Assembly: GCA_051362555.1 (NCBI GenBank)
Contig: CM120644.1
Coordinates: 4,038,954 to 4,102,953 of the forward strand
Length of the DNA stretch: 64,000 bases
From: Lingula anatina
Lineage: Eukaryota > Animalia > Brachiopoda
Reading direction: 5' to 3'
This document shows, one piece after another, positions 63,657 to 64,000 of this stretch. Numbering within the stretch: the stretch's first letter is position 1; each line of letters begins with the position of its first letter. A program made the translations under genes and the position numbers. The notes beneath the pieces were generated by a model that worked only from the letters and a program-made list of their open reading frames with translations, was not told the DNA's origin and did no database searches.

Positions 63657-64000
63657 GTAAGAAGGATGGGGGGGACAACAGACTTCACTGATCAGATAGT
63701 GTAGACACTGGTGTTTGTCTGGAGGGTGTTTGATTCATCTTAAATTGTAGGTGTAATACTGCCATTTTGCTTCATCTAACGACATTGAAAAATGTAGTTA
63801 TTGATGAAATAAAGACACTCAGCCAGCCCCTGTCACCCACCCTGTCGGCTCTTATATATTTGCTAGTTGAATAAGCTCCCCCCCCCCCCCCCAGATAAAA
63901 CATACATACCCTGCCCCCTGTGGATATGCCAGTGTACTTAATACAGTGATATTTGCACCCAACAAACACAACAAAATGTTCATTCTTCCAGCTCACTCTT

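Overview
AT-rich, intron-containing animal genomic DNA. The gene and repeat content suggests an invertebrate, possibly a lophotrochozoan such as a mollusc (inference). Three protein-coding genes can be reconstructed with frame-consistent GT-AG splice sites. (1) A 3-exon, ~2151-aa GRL101/LGR-type receptor (+, 3733-10755) with an unusually extended ectodomain: signal peptide, S/T-rich stalk, CUB, two C-type lectin-like domains, ~7 LDLa repeats, LRRNT + ~7 LRRs, then a motif-degenerate 7TM. (2) A class VI POU transcription factor (-, 10 coding exons, 34908->24112, ~631 aa). (3) The 5' part of VPS41 (+, from 60066, running off the window), head-to-head with POU6, as VPS41/POU6F2 are in human. The rest holds non-autonomous DNA transposons: two Helentron/HINE-like families (two copies each, one carrying a ~19x146-bp satellite of DR1 motifs), an internally deleted Harbinger nested in one of them, TTAA-flanked Kolobok/piggyBac-like MITEs, and an AcademH-like element with a RecQ helicase remnant. 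There are also mini- and microsatellites. No prokaryotic systems, CRISPR arrays, tRNA or rRNA genes were seen.
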